Shown here in pieces: positions 56,166 to 64,000 of a stretch of 64,000 bases of DNA. The stretch's first letter is position 1. Every line of letters begins with the position of its first letter. Origin of the DNA: an uncultured Verrucomicrobiae bacterium (GTDB lineage Bacteria; Verrucomicrobiota; Verrucomicrobiia; Limisphaerales; UBA11358); assembly GCA_963806905.1 (NCBI GenBank), contig CAWEAA010000003.1:785-64784 (forward strand). Direction: 5' to 3'. Under the pieces are notes generated by a model. The model ran no database searches and was not told the origin of the DNA. It was given only the letters and a program-made list of their open reading frames with translations. A program made the translations under genes and the position numbers.

Positions 56166-56228
56166 GCGGGCCATGGAGAAAGGGCTGCAAATTAGACGCT
56201 CCGAGCTACGACTCGGCAAGCCAGTAAA

Positions 56229-56483
56229 ATGAATTTCTTTTATGTTTACATACTTTATATACTGCAAAGCAATGCCAAGGCCGGCGGTTTCTATGTCGGA
56301 TTCACTGAGGATTTGCAGGCACGCTTGAAGAAGCATAACGCTGGCGAAGTTCCGCACACGGCGAAGTCTCGTCCGTGGCGAATCAAAACCGCAATTGCCT
56401 TTCCGGAGCGCGAACGAGCCATTGAATTTGAACGCTATTTGAAATCGTCATCCGGCCGCGCTTTCGCAAAGAAACGACTTTGA
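56229..56483 (+). CDS. small GIY-YIG nuclease family protein
   Basis: 84 aa: FYVYILY...GGFYVGFTEDLQARLKKHN...RPWRIKTAIAFPERERAIEFERYLKS. Confidence 0.8.
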   Translation: MNFFYVYILYILQSNAKAGGFYVGFTEDLQARLKKHNAGEVPHTAKSRPWRIKTAIAFPERERAIEFERYLKSSSGRAFAKKRL

Positions 56484-56488
56484 TTAGC

Positions 56489-56542
56489 CTTCGCTCGGAG
56501 CAACGCGGAGAGCGAAGACTGTTGCGCCCAAGCAAAGCGAAT
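56489..56542. repeat. hairpin-containing direct repeat, copy 2
   Basis: CTTCGCTCGGAGC-aacgcgga-GAGCGAAGACTG. The stems are identical to copy 1; the loop differs. Confidence 0.7.
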
Positions 56543-56584
56543 CCGTCCGACCGCCAATGCAATTTTTCAGGTTTACATTCTCCA

Positions 56585-57409
56585 ATGAACCACCAAAACC
56601 AATCGCCATTAAAAGACAAATGGGTTTTAATCACCGGCGCTTCGAGTGGATTTGGCGCGGCGGCGGCGCGCGCTTTCGGCGCCGAAGGCGCAAAACTCCT
56701 GCTCGGCGCGCGGCGCGTTGACCGTCTGGAAAAAGTTGCCGTCGAGGCGCGCAAAGCCGGAGCGAGGGAGGCGCATGTCCACGAACTGGATGTGACAAAA
56801 ACGCCGAGCGTCGAAGCATTCATCTCTTGGGCAAAATCCAAAATCCAGTCTCCCGGACGCCCGACGCCAAACCCGGCGTGCCTGCATGTCCTGATCAACA
56901 ACGCCGGCGGCGCGCACGGCCTGGACACCATCGCCGAGGGTAAGGACGCGGACTGGGAGGCGATGATTCAATCGAACGTGCTCGGTGTATTGCGCATGAC
57001 GCGCGCGGCGCTGCCGCTCATACCGCGTGATGCCGGAGCGAGCATTATCAACATTGGCTCGGCAGCCGGCCACACGGTTTATGAGGGCGGAGCAGCTTAT
57101 TGCGCGGCAAAGGCGGGCGAATTGCAAATCACCCGCACGCTTCGCCATGAATTGTTCGGCGCGGGCATTCGCGTTGGCACGGTGGATCCCGGCCTCGCAG
57201 AGACGGAGTTTTCCCTCGTGCGTTTCAAGGGTGATGCCACTCGCGCGAAAAAACTTTACGAAGGCACCCATCCGCTGAACGCCGCGGACGTTGCCGAGAT
57301 TTTGGTTTGGGTAGCCCGCCGCCCGCCGCATGTGAACATTGACGAGTTGATTGTGAAACCGGTTGATCAGGTGGAGGTGGTGAAAGTGTATCGGAGAACG
57401 AAAATGTAA
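56585..57409 (+). CDS. short-chain dehydrogenase/reductase
   Basis: VLITGASSGFG cofactor motif, NNAG, and YCAAK catalytic motif. ATG at 56585; the track's 5' extension only translates the repeat. Confidence 0.85.
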   Translation: MNHQNQSPLKDKWVLITGASSGFGAAAARAFGAEGAKLLLGARRVDRLEKVAVEARKAGAREAHVHELDVTKTPSVEAFISWAKSKIQSPGRPTPNPACLHVLINNAGGAHGLDTIAEGKDADWEAMIQSNVLGVLRMTRAALPLIPRDAGASIINIGSAAGHTVYEGGAAYCAAKAGELQITRTLRHELFGAGIRVGTVDPGLAETEFSLVRFKGDATRAKKLYEGTHPLNAADVAEILVWVARRPPHVNIDELIVKPVDQVEVVKVYRRTKM

Positions 57410-57410
57410 C

Positions 57411-57488
57411 AGGATTGACGGACTGGTGGATACATGGATACGGCTTTTTCCCAATAATCCATCAACCCAATAATCCATTATCCGATTT
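57411..57488. repeat. short-period repeat block between the convergent SDR and lptF/G genes
   Basis: Four 8-mers GGATTGAC GGACTGGT GGATACAT GGATACGG (57412-57443), then CCAATAATCCAT twice (57451-62 and 57467-78). ATGGAT and ATCCAT are complementary. Confidence 0.6.
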
Positions 57489-58712
57489 TCAGATCCCGCG
57501 GTTCGCGCGCCAAAGCAGCACCGCGCCGACGGCTTGAAAAATGAAATTCGGCAGCCAGAGAATCAGGTGCGGCACAAATTCAGGCCGGGCGGACAGTGAT
57601 TCGCCCAGCATGATAAAGACGTAATAAACCAGCACCAGCATCAGCGCGATGGCGACACCGACATTGGTTTCGCGCCGGTGCACGCGAATACCCAGCGGAA
57701 TTCCGATGAGCGTGAACCCGAAACACGCGAATGAAAACGCGATTTGCCGGTTCATTTCCACCAGGACCGGCTCGGTCAAATCGCTCCGCTGTTTTTCCGC
57801 TTCGCGAAGTTGCGCGCGCAATTCCGCCGAAGAAGCCACCTCCACGCGCGGTAGCGAACCCAGTTTTTCCCCCAAGTCATTCATCTGCTCACGCAACTGC
57901 CAGAAAGTCATGTCACTGATCTTGGGTTTGTAAGTCTGGTTTGTCGCCACGTTAAGGTCGAAATTCAGAGTCAGTTCGGGAGACGAACCGATGCTGATGC
58001 GCGCCCCGTTGAAAGTGACCGTCCGCGCGTCAAACAAATGCAGAATGAGCTGCTTGTCGGGCAGGTCATTTTCGACCCGGCCGCGCGGGGCGCGCAAGGT
58101 TGTTTCCGCGTTGGACTCATTCCCGAATTTCAGGATCCGCACGTCCTCCAGATTGCCGCCGCGGTTTTTTGCCGCGTAAAAAATATAACCCGGAAAATCG
58201 TTGATGACCTTGCCTTCGGGCAATTGTACCTTGCCCAAATCGGAACCGAGTTCTCCCCTCAGGTTGATGTAGGCGACCCGGGAGCGGGGACCGAGATCCA
58301 TGTTGAACCATGCGCTGAGGCCGCAGCAAAACAGGCTGAGCAATAACACGGGTGAAATAAGCGAAAACAGACTGATGCCGCTCGCGCGGGCCGCGGTCAA
58401 TTCCTGATCGGCGCTGATCCTCCCGAACACCAGCAAGGCCGCGGTGATAAATCCCATGGGCAGGGCATAAACGCACGCAAAGGGAATCAGCAGTCCGACG
58501 GCTTTCAACACCAGCCACAAGCTCACCTGACCGCTGACCAGCAAAGGAAGAATTTCATGGAGCACGTTGAAGAGCAGCACCACAAACGTGAAAACCGCCA
58601 CCGTCATCAGCAACGAGACGAGGATTTCACGGATCAGGTATTTGTGCAGTGTTTTCACGATATGGGACGTGCAGCGCGAAAATGCCTGATTCTGCCGGCC
58701 AATCAAGCGCAA
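57489..58712 (-). CDS. LptF/LptG family LPS export permease
   Basis: LHKYLIREILVSLLMTVAVFTFVVLL N-terminus and the 6-TM YjgP/YjgQ layout. The start may be GTG at 58658. Confidence 0.8.
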   Translation of the reverse strand: MRLIGRQNQAFSRCTSHIVKTLHKYLIREILVSLLMTVAVFTFVVLLFNVLHEILPLLVSGQVSLWLVLKAVGLLIPFACVYALPMGFITAALLVFGRISADQELTAARASGISLFSLISPVLLLSLFCCGLSAWFNMDLGPRSRVAYINLRGELGSDLGKVQLPEGKVINDFPGYIFYAAKNRGGNLEDVRILKFGNESNAETTLRAPRGRVENDLPDKQLILHLFDARTVTFNGARISIGSSPELTLNFDLNVATNQTYKPKISDMTFWQLREQMNDLGEKLGSLPRVEVASSAELRAQLREAEKQRSDLTEPVLVEMNRQIAFSFACFGFTLIGIPLGIRVHRRETNVGVAIALMLVLVYYVFIMLGESLSARPEFVPHLILWLPNFIFQAVGAVLLWRANRGI

Positions 58713-58773
58713 CTTCGCGCAGCCAAATCCGCACCCGAATTGCCGGCAGCGGGAGAAAATTGTAAAACGCCGG

Positions 58774-59355
58774 TCACCAATCCTTGATGGCCTGGTTCGG
58801 ATTTTCCGGCTTTCCCTGCGGCTTCAGTTGTAGAACCTGTTCGCTGCCTTTTTGCGCGTCCAACAAACGCTTCGCCTCTTCCGGCGTCATTTGTCCGGCG
58901 GCGACTGGCTGGCCCTGTTCGTTTTGCTTCTCCTGCTGCTCGCCCGATTTTTGCGGTCGTTGCTGCTCAGCGTTTTTCTGGTCGGATTGTTTCTGTTCGT
59001 TCTGCTTTTGCGGCTGCGAATTCTGTTGCGCTGACTGTTGGTTCTGTTGCTGCTGATTCTGTTGGCTGTTTGATTTTTGTTGCTGCGATTGATTCTGCTG
59101 ATTCTGGTTTTGTTGGGACTGATTATTTTGCGATTGTTGCTGGCTCTGTTGTTTCAGCAATTCGTACAGCTTTTTCAGCTTCACATCATCGGGATACTGT
59201 TTCAGCCCGTCTTCCACCGACTCCAGCGCCTGGGGGATGCTGTTGGAAATGTAAAAATGCGCGCCGCCGTTGAAAAAATCATCGGCGGATTGGGCGCGGG
59301 CTGCCTGCCATGCCAGCAGCAGGCTAACGCTGATTGGGAGTAACAATCGCATCAA
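58774..59355 (-). CDS. secreted Gln/Asn-rich low-complexity protein (last gene of the Bat-type operon)
   Basis: Signal peptide, a short helical domain, then a long QQ(S/N)Q tract. The start overlaps the BatB-like stop. Confidence 0.5.
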   Translation of the reverse strand: MMRLLLPISVSLLLAWQAARAQSADDFFNGGAHFYISNSIPQALESVEDGLKQYPDDVKLKKLYELLKQQSQQQSQNNQSQQNQNQQNQSQQQKSNSQQNQQQQNQQSAQQNSQPQKQNEQKQSDQKNAEQQRPQKSGEQQEKQNEQGQPVAAGQMTPEEAKRLLDAQKGSEQVLQLKPQGKPENPNQAIKDW

Positions 59356-61022
59356 TGTCCTTCAGTTTTTTGGTGTAATCCTGGAATTTTTTGGCGGCAA
59401 TCGGATTGTTCAGGCTTTCCATGATTTCCAGCGCACGGTGATATTCATTGCGCCGGACTGCCTCGTCAGCCGCCAACTTGGCCCTGCGCATCGCTTCACG
59501 CAGCTGGGCAATCAATCCTATCTGCTTCTTCACAAACCCCAGATTGTAGGCGGCATCCACATCGTTCGTGCTCAATTCTGCCGCGCGCTCATAACTCTTG
59601 ACCGCTTGTTGCCAGGTTTCTTCCATCGCGTCCAGGCCTTCCGTGTCCGGCTCGAATTTGAGTTCGCCCTGGCGATACAGCGTGTTGCCCAAATTGTAAT
59701 ACGCCTGCTGTTGCAACTTCAAATCCGGCGACAAGGTCACCGTCTTGAAATCGTTCAACGCCGCGTCAAAATTTGTCGCGCGATACCCCGCCGCGCCCGC
59801 GTTGAAGACCAGACGCAAATCGTTCGTTTGAACTTCCGCCAGCCGTTCGTATTCCACCAGCGCATTGGTATAATTGCCGGCCTTGTAATCACGCCACGCG
59901 CTCGCCGGCGAGGCGGCGACGTTTCCGCAAACAGCCATCACCAGCAATGCCACCAGCGTTGCGACCGGAACGCCGGCCTCCGGCCCGGCTCGTTTCAATC
60001 CGCCATTGGCTTCACGCCGGGTCGGAGACCGGCGCTCCGGCAAAAACATTTCGGCCAGCAACAAACCAATTGCCGCCAGCAGCGGCCAGTGGAATTGCTC
60101 GTGATAGCGCCGTACCAGCCGTTCTCGCGACTCCGATTCCGGCAGCGGTGCAATGCCCTGTTCGTAAAGCGTGTCCATCGTGTTGGGCCGCAGCGGCAGA
60201 TAAAACCCGCCGGTTGCGCCGGCAATTTCACGGAGCAGCGTTTCATTCAAGTGCGACTTAACCACGTTGCCGTCCGGGTCTCGGATGTAATCCGGATTCC
60301 CGTTGGCGTCCTTGACTTGCAACAAGGCGCCTTCCGCCGTTCCAATGCCCACGGTGAAGATTTTAAGGCCGTCTTTGGCCGCGTTTTGTGCGGCTTCGAG
60401 TACGGCAGCTTCATTGACGTTGTCCTCGCCGTCGGTGAGCAGCACCAGCACTTTGTAATGATCGCCCTCCTTGAAAGCTGCCCCGGGCGGCGTTGATGGC
60501 CGAGGCAATGGCGGTGCCGCCCTGCGGAATCGTGTTCACGTCCAGCACCTCAACGCTCTGGCGAAACGCTGTGTCATCAATCGTCAACGGACATTCCAGG
60601 AACGCGTCGCCAGCGAACGCCACCAATCCAAGCCGGTCAGCCTTGGCCTGCTGCATCAAATCCAGCGCCGCAAGCTTGGCGCGCTCCAGGCGGTTGGGCG
60701 CAATGTCCTCGGCCAGCATGCTTTTGGAGGTGTCAATGGCCACCACAACGTCCAGGCCGCGCTGTTCGACTTTTTCCAGATCAAATCCGTGTTGTGGCCG
60801 GGCCAGGGCAAAAATCAAAAGCGCCGCCGCCAAAATCAAAAATGCAAAGCGCAATTTTCGTCGAGTTGGCGAAATTCCAACCATCAGTGATGAGCGCAGG
60901 CGCGCCTCGATGAATTGCGTCAGCAGTTTCTGCCGCAAGCGTTCACTCCACCAGAAAAACAGTGCCAGCGCCGGTGGTAAAACCAGCAGCAGCCACAACA
61001 GATTCAGGTGTTCAAATCTCAT
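59324..61022 (-). pseudogene. BatB-like VWA + TPR protein, split by a 1-nt frameshift
   Basis: 60411-61022 encodes the N-terminal TM and VWA start (VVAIDTSKSM...GGTAIASAINAAR). 59324-60508 encodes the rest (AAFKEGDHYKVLVLLTDGEDN...TPR). The junction is at the C4 run 60481-60484. Confidence 0.8.
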
Positions 61023-61062
61023 TTTTATTTTTATTCCGCCTTGATCACGGCGGTCATTCCTT

Positions 61063-61154
61063 GGCGCGACAGCGTCTTGGACTGCGGCAGCCCTCTGCCG
61101 CTTTCAAATATTTTGCGCGCCGGAAAAGCGCCAGAGGGCTGGCGCACTCCAAAA
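61063..61154. repeat. REP-like two-hairpin element, copy B (intact)
   Basis: ggcgcgacagcgtcttggactGCGGCAGccctCTGCCGCttt...aaaaGCGCCAGagggCTGGCGCactccaaaa. Confidence 0.65.
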
Positions 61155-61182
61155 TCTGGCGGTGTTTCATTCGGCAATCTTT

Positions 61183-62154
61183 TCATGGCAATCTCCGAAA
61201 TAACGTCTGTCCCAAAACGATTTCGATGAGCAAAATCGCCAGCCCGCAGCTCACGAACCAGGGGAACAACTCCTTGAATTGCGTGTATTTGGTGATGGTC
61301 GCCTCGGTTTTTTCGAGCTTGTCAATTTCCGCGTAGATGGCCTTGAATTTTTCGGAATTGTCCGCGCGATAATATTTGCCGCCGGTCATTTGCGAAATTT
61401 GCTGCAACGTGTCCTCGTCCGGCAGGTAGCCGGGTGGCAACCCCATCTGCTGGACGATTTCGCGGTTGCCGAGGCCGATGGTGTAAATTTTTACGCCCAA
61501 CGCCTGCGCCGCTTCTGTCGCCGTGATCGGATCAATTTTGCCGGAATTATTCCCACCGTCCGTCATCAGGACGATGATTCTGCTTTTCGATTTCAGCTCG
61601 CGCAACCGGTTCAATGCCGTGGTGATTCCGTCGCCAATCGCGGTCGCGTCCGAATTGATCGAGCCGATGCCGAGCCGGTCAACGGTTTCGAGCAAATAAT
61701 CGTGGTCGAGCGTCATGGGCGAGGCGATGAAAGCCTGCGCGGCAAAAACCACCAGGCCGATGCGGTCATTGGGCCGCCCTTCAATAAACTCCTGCAGGAC
61801 GGGCTTGGCCATGTTAATCCGGCTGATTTGACGGCCATTGATGACATAATCCCCGGTGTTCATGCTGCCCGACAAATCGAGCGCGCAGACGATGTCGATG
61901 CCGCTGGCCTTGACCATTGTATGGCTTTTCATCCAACGCGGTTGCGTCAGCGCGACGATGAACAACACCAGCACCAGCCAGCGCAGCGCCGCCAGAAACG
62001 CGCCCGCCCGGGAACGCCGGGCACGGGTCAAACCCACCAACAATCGCACCGAGGAATACAAAAACGCCGGCGGCTGGCCGCGCCGGCCTTTGAGCCAGGC
62101 CAACAACGGCGGCAACAGAAGCAGCAGAAATAAATATGGATGGCCAAAAGTCAT
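61183..62154 (-). CDS. BatA-like VWA domain membrane protein
   Basis: N-terminal TM helices and the VWA MIDAS motif (DIVCALDLSGSM...VLMTDGGNN). Confidence 0.85.
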   Translation of the reverse strand: MTFGHPYLFLLLLLPPLLAWLKGRRGQPPAFLYSSVRLLVGLTRARRSRAGAFLAALRWLVLVLFIVALTQPRWMKSHTMVKASGIDIVCALDLSGSMNTGDYVINGRQISRINMAKPVLQEFIEGRPNDRIGLVVFAAQAFIASPMTLDHDYLLETVDRLGIGSINSDATAIGDGITTALNRLRELKSKSRIIVLMTDGGNNSGKIDPITATEAAQALGVKIYTIGLGNREIVQQMGLPPGYLPDEDTLQQISQMTGGKYYRADNSEKFKAIYAEIDKLEKTEATITKYTQFKELFPWFVSCGLAILLIEIVLGQTLFRRLP

Positions 62155-62723
62155 GCGGACACCATCTCGCTGTGGACTGCGGACTGTGGACTGTGGACTT
62201 CTTTCGGTTCGGTTTCTTCAACCAGCCGCAGCGCGGAAGAATGCAATCCTCGCAACTCCGGTTCACCCGGTTCGTATTTGGCGAACTTCACGAGGTCGCA
62301 GCTCCCCAGAAATTCACCGAGTTGTGCCTTCTGCTCTGCCGCCAGCAAATCCGTGTCCTGCAACTCACGTAAAAATTCCTCAGTCGTCCGCTCCGGCGCG
62401 CGAAAATCAAAACGCTCTTCGAGATAAAACCGGATCGTGTCTGAAACCAGAATACAGAACTGCTTCGGTTGTGAAATCAAGGCCAGCGCTTCGTCTAATT
62501 TTTGCTTCGCGCGAACGTTCGCCGGCACGGGGGGTTCAACCGGCATGTTTGCTTTTCGCTTTTGCCACCAACGCCAGACGAAAATGCCAGCGGCCACGAT
62601 GGCCAGTGCGGCCAGTGTCCACCAAACCCATTCCCAACCGCTCGGAATCGCGACCGGCGGCTTGATGTCGCGAATGTCATTCGCGCTCGCAGCGGCAGCT
62701 TGGGATGTTGCGTTTGAAATCAT
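62151..62723 (-). CDS. DUF4381-like membrane protein
   Basis: DIRDIKPPVAIPSGWEWVWWTLAALAIVAAGIFVWRWW pattern at the usual position between DUF58 and BatA. ATG at 62723. ATGA overlap with batA. Confidence 0.7.
   Translation of the reverse strand: MISNATSQAAAASANDIRDIKPPVAIPSGWEWVWWTLAALAIVAAGIFVWRWWQKRKANMPVEPPVPANVRAKQKLDEALALISQPKQFCILVSDTIRFYLEERFDFRAPERTTEEFLRELQDTDLLAAEQKAQLGEFLGSCDLVKFAKYEPGEPELRGLHSSALRLVEETEPKEVHSPQSAVHSEMVSA
62171..62198. repeat. tandem TG(T/C)GGAC heptamers at the DUF4381/BatA junction
   Basis: tgtggac tgcggac tgtggac tgtggac. Confidence 0.7.
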
Positions 62724-62740
62724 GTTCAAGTGTTACGCTC

Positions 62741-62892
62741 GCCCTCACCCCGGCCCTCTCCCCCAGGAGAGGTGGAATCATTCACCGTCTCACAAAATAA
62801 CCTGCGACTGGATTTACCGGACGACTTCCGGTACAAAGTAAACCGTACTGTTGCTGTTCCCTCTCCCCGGGGGAGAGGGTCAGGGTGAGGGC
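62741..62892. mobile_element. MITE-like GC-rich palindromic element, long form
   Basis: Terminal inverted repeats GCCCTCACCCcggCCCTCTCCCC (62741-62763) and GGGGAGAGGGtcaGGGTGAGGGC (62870-62892) match at 20 of 23 positions. They enclose about 105 nt with an inner TACCGG/CCGGTA hairpin. Confidence 0.6.
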
Positions 62893-62922
62893 GGCTGTTC
62901 ACCGCTGTTTCTTTCGCAAATT

Positions 62923-63903
62923 TCATCCCCTCAATCTCCGTTTCTCCCGGTTCTCAAAGAATCGTCCCAAGGCCGCCGAGTAAGGTTCGTCCGTATGAAG
63001 TTGAATGGTGTCAATGCCAGATGACCGGAATTGTCGCGCCAGATCTTCATTCTGCTTTTGCTGGCGTAACGCAAACGCGTCGCGGCTGGCAGCCTGGCCG
63101 GTGTTGACCTCCAGAATTTCACCGGTTTCAGCATCCTCCAGGGTCAAACGGCCCATTGCCGGCAATTCAAGTTCGTAGCGGTCCGTGGTATGCACGGCCA
63201 CGACATCGTGGCGGCGGTTGGCCATGCGCAAGGCGGTTTGGAGCTCGGGCGGCAAGGGCGACGAATCGGAGCGCGGTTTGTCCCAAACCGCAGCAGTTGG
63301 TGAATGCTTGGCAGCTGCGAGTTGTGACAACTCGCGCCCCGTATTTTCCAAAAAATCCGAAATGACGACTGCGATGGCTTTGTGCGGCAAAACGCGGCCC
63401 ATGAATTCCAGTGCGTGGACCAAATCCGTTCCGCGCCGCTTCGGCTCCGAGAAAAGCACTTCCCGAATCACGCGCAACACGTGACCGCGGCCTTTGCGCG
63501 GGGGAACAAACTTTTCCACCTCGTCGGTGAACAGCAGCAGGCCGACCTTGTCGTTGTTGCGGATGGCGGAGAAGGCGAGCACGGAGGCGATCTCGGCGGC
63601 GAGTTCGCGTTTGGACTGGTTGCGCGAACCGAACAGCCCGGAGCCGCTCACGTCCACGACGAGGATGAGCGTAAGCTCGCGTTCCTCGACGAACTTCTTG
63701 ATAAACGGATGGTTCATCCGCGCAGTGACGTTCCAGTCAATGGCGCGCACGTCGTCGCCGGGCTGATATTCGCGCACCTCGTCGAAATTCATCCCCTGCC
63801 CTTTGAAGACGCTGTGGTACTGGCCCGCGAGCGTTTCGGTCACGAGCCGGTTCGTGCGCAGCTCGATCTGCCGGATTTTTTTGAGAATCTCGCGGGGAAT
63901 CAT
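62923..63903 (-). CDS. DUF58 domain protein (MoxR-associated)
   Basis: FKGQGMNFDEVREYQPGDDVRAIDWNVTAR signature followed by a VWA-like remainder. Confidence 0.9.
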   Translation of the reverse strand: MIPREILKKIRQIELRTNRLVTETLAGQYHSVFKGQGMNFDEVREYQPGDDVRAIDWNVTARMNHPFIKKFVEERELTLILVVDVSGSGLFGSRNQSKRELAAEIASVLAFSAIRNNDKVGLLLFTDEVEKFVPPRKGRGHVLRVIREVLFSEPKRRGTDLVHALEFMGRVLPHKAIAVVISDFLENTGRELSQLAAAKHSPTAAVWDKPRSDSSPLPPELQTALRMANRRHDVVAVHTTDRYELELPAMGRLTLEDAETGEILEVNTGQAASRDAFALRQQKQNEDLARQFRSSGIDTIQLHTDEPYSAALGRFFENREKRRLRG

Positions 63904-64000
63904 TTCAAATCAACGTCTTCCACTTTCCAGACGGCAATTTTGTTTCGTTTATCAATGACGACGTGAAGCAGAACCGATCCAAACTTGTATTGAACTCGAT
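63900..64000 (-). CDS. 3' end of an unidentified ORF coupled to the DUF58 gene
   Basis: The frame is open from the window edge (...RVQYKFGSVLLHVVIDKRNKIAVWKVEDVDLK*). Its TGA overlaps the DUF58 ATG (ATGA). Does not resemble a MoxR C-terminus. Confidence 0.3.
   Translation of the reverse strand, partial: RVQYKFGSVLLHVVIDKRNKIAVWKVEDVDLK

Noticed and set aside
55890-56357. 155-aa minus-strand ORF and the 55920-56195 plus-strand ORF
   Set aside because: Both run across the tRNA-Ala gene and its flanking repeats. The 'VAQLVERLVRNQQVRGSNP' stretch is simply the translated tRNA.
58900-59160. CAG/CAA-rich tandem DNA repeats
   Set aside because: This is coding low complexity (a poly-Gln/Asn tract) in the secreted last gene of the Bat-type operon, not an independent DNA element.
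62726-62926. 66-aa ORF (…HPDPLPRGEGT…GGEGRGEGE…)
   Set aside because: It is a translation of the GC-rich palindromic element. No start context is present and the composition is repeat-driven.

Overview
GC-rich bacterial chromosomal window. Gene content and repeat repertoire look PVC/Verrucomicrobia-like, but that is inference only. The backbone is housekeeping operons, mostly on the minus strand: secG-tpiA-pgk; a GlcG/YceI/pirin/nitroreductase stress cluster; lipA; gcvH-gcvT; ECF sigma/anti-sigma next to a polyprenyl synthase; gap; trxB; hrpB; tsaD; ctpA; ispD-recJ; terC; yajC-secDF; ispG-rseP-dxr-cdsA; a LuxR regulator with a beta-propeller histidine kinase; tRNA-Ala(CGC); lptF/G; and a DUF58-DUF4381-BatA-BatB aerotolerance-type operon. 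Accessory content: (1) A mosaic restriction/defence island at 3.4-7.5 kb. It holds an HsdR_N-like PD-(D/E)XK gene tightly coupled to a DUF262 gene, plus a DPPY methyltransferase divergent from an HTH-fused PD-(D/E)XK endonuclease. (2) A 3.17-kb IS1-family element (26212-29377) with perfect 18-bp inverted repeats and an 8-bp target duplication. It is inserted into a REP-like repeat and carries a P63C gene and three small unknown genes. (3) Three small cassettes (four-helix-bundle/IVS protein, GxxExxY, GIY-YIG), each embedded in its own repeat or stem structure. (4) Several families of short structured repeats (GC-rich palindromic MITE-like units, 17-nt palindromes, tandem heptamers), some sitting in frame inside hrpB, tsaD, ispG and recJ. 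(5) At least six single-nucleotide frameshifts in conserved genes (dxr twice, ispG, parA, batB, GxxExxY). These look more like assembly indels than true decay, but that needs read-level confirmation. No rRNA, CRISPR array or prophage was seen. The best candidates for something undescribed are the PD-(D/E)XK+DUF262 two-gene module, the IS-borne cargo operon, and the IVS-like cassette enclosed by a long RNA stem inside the cdsA-dxr operon.
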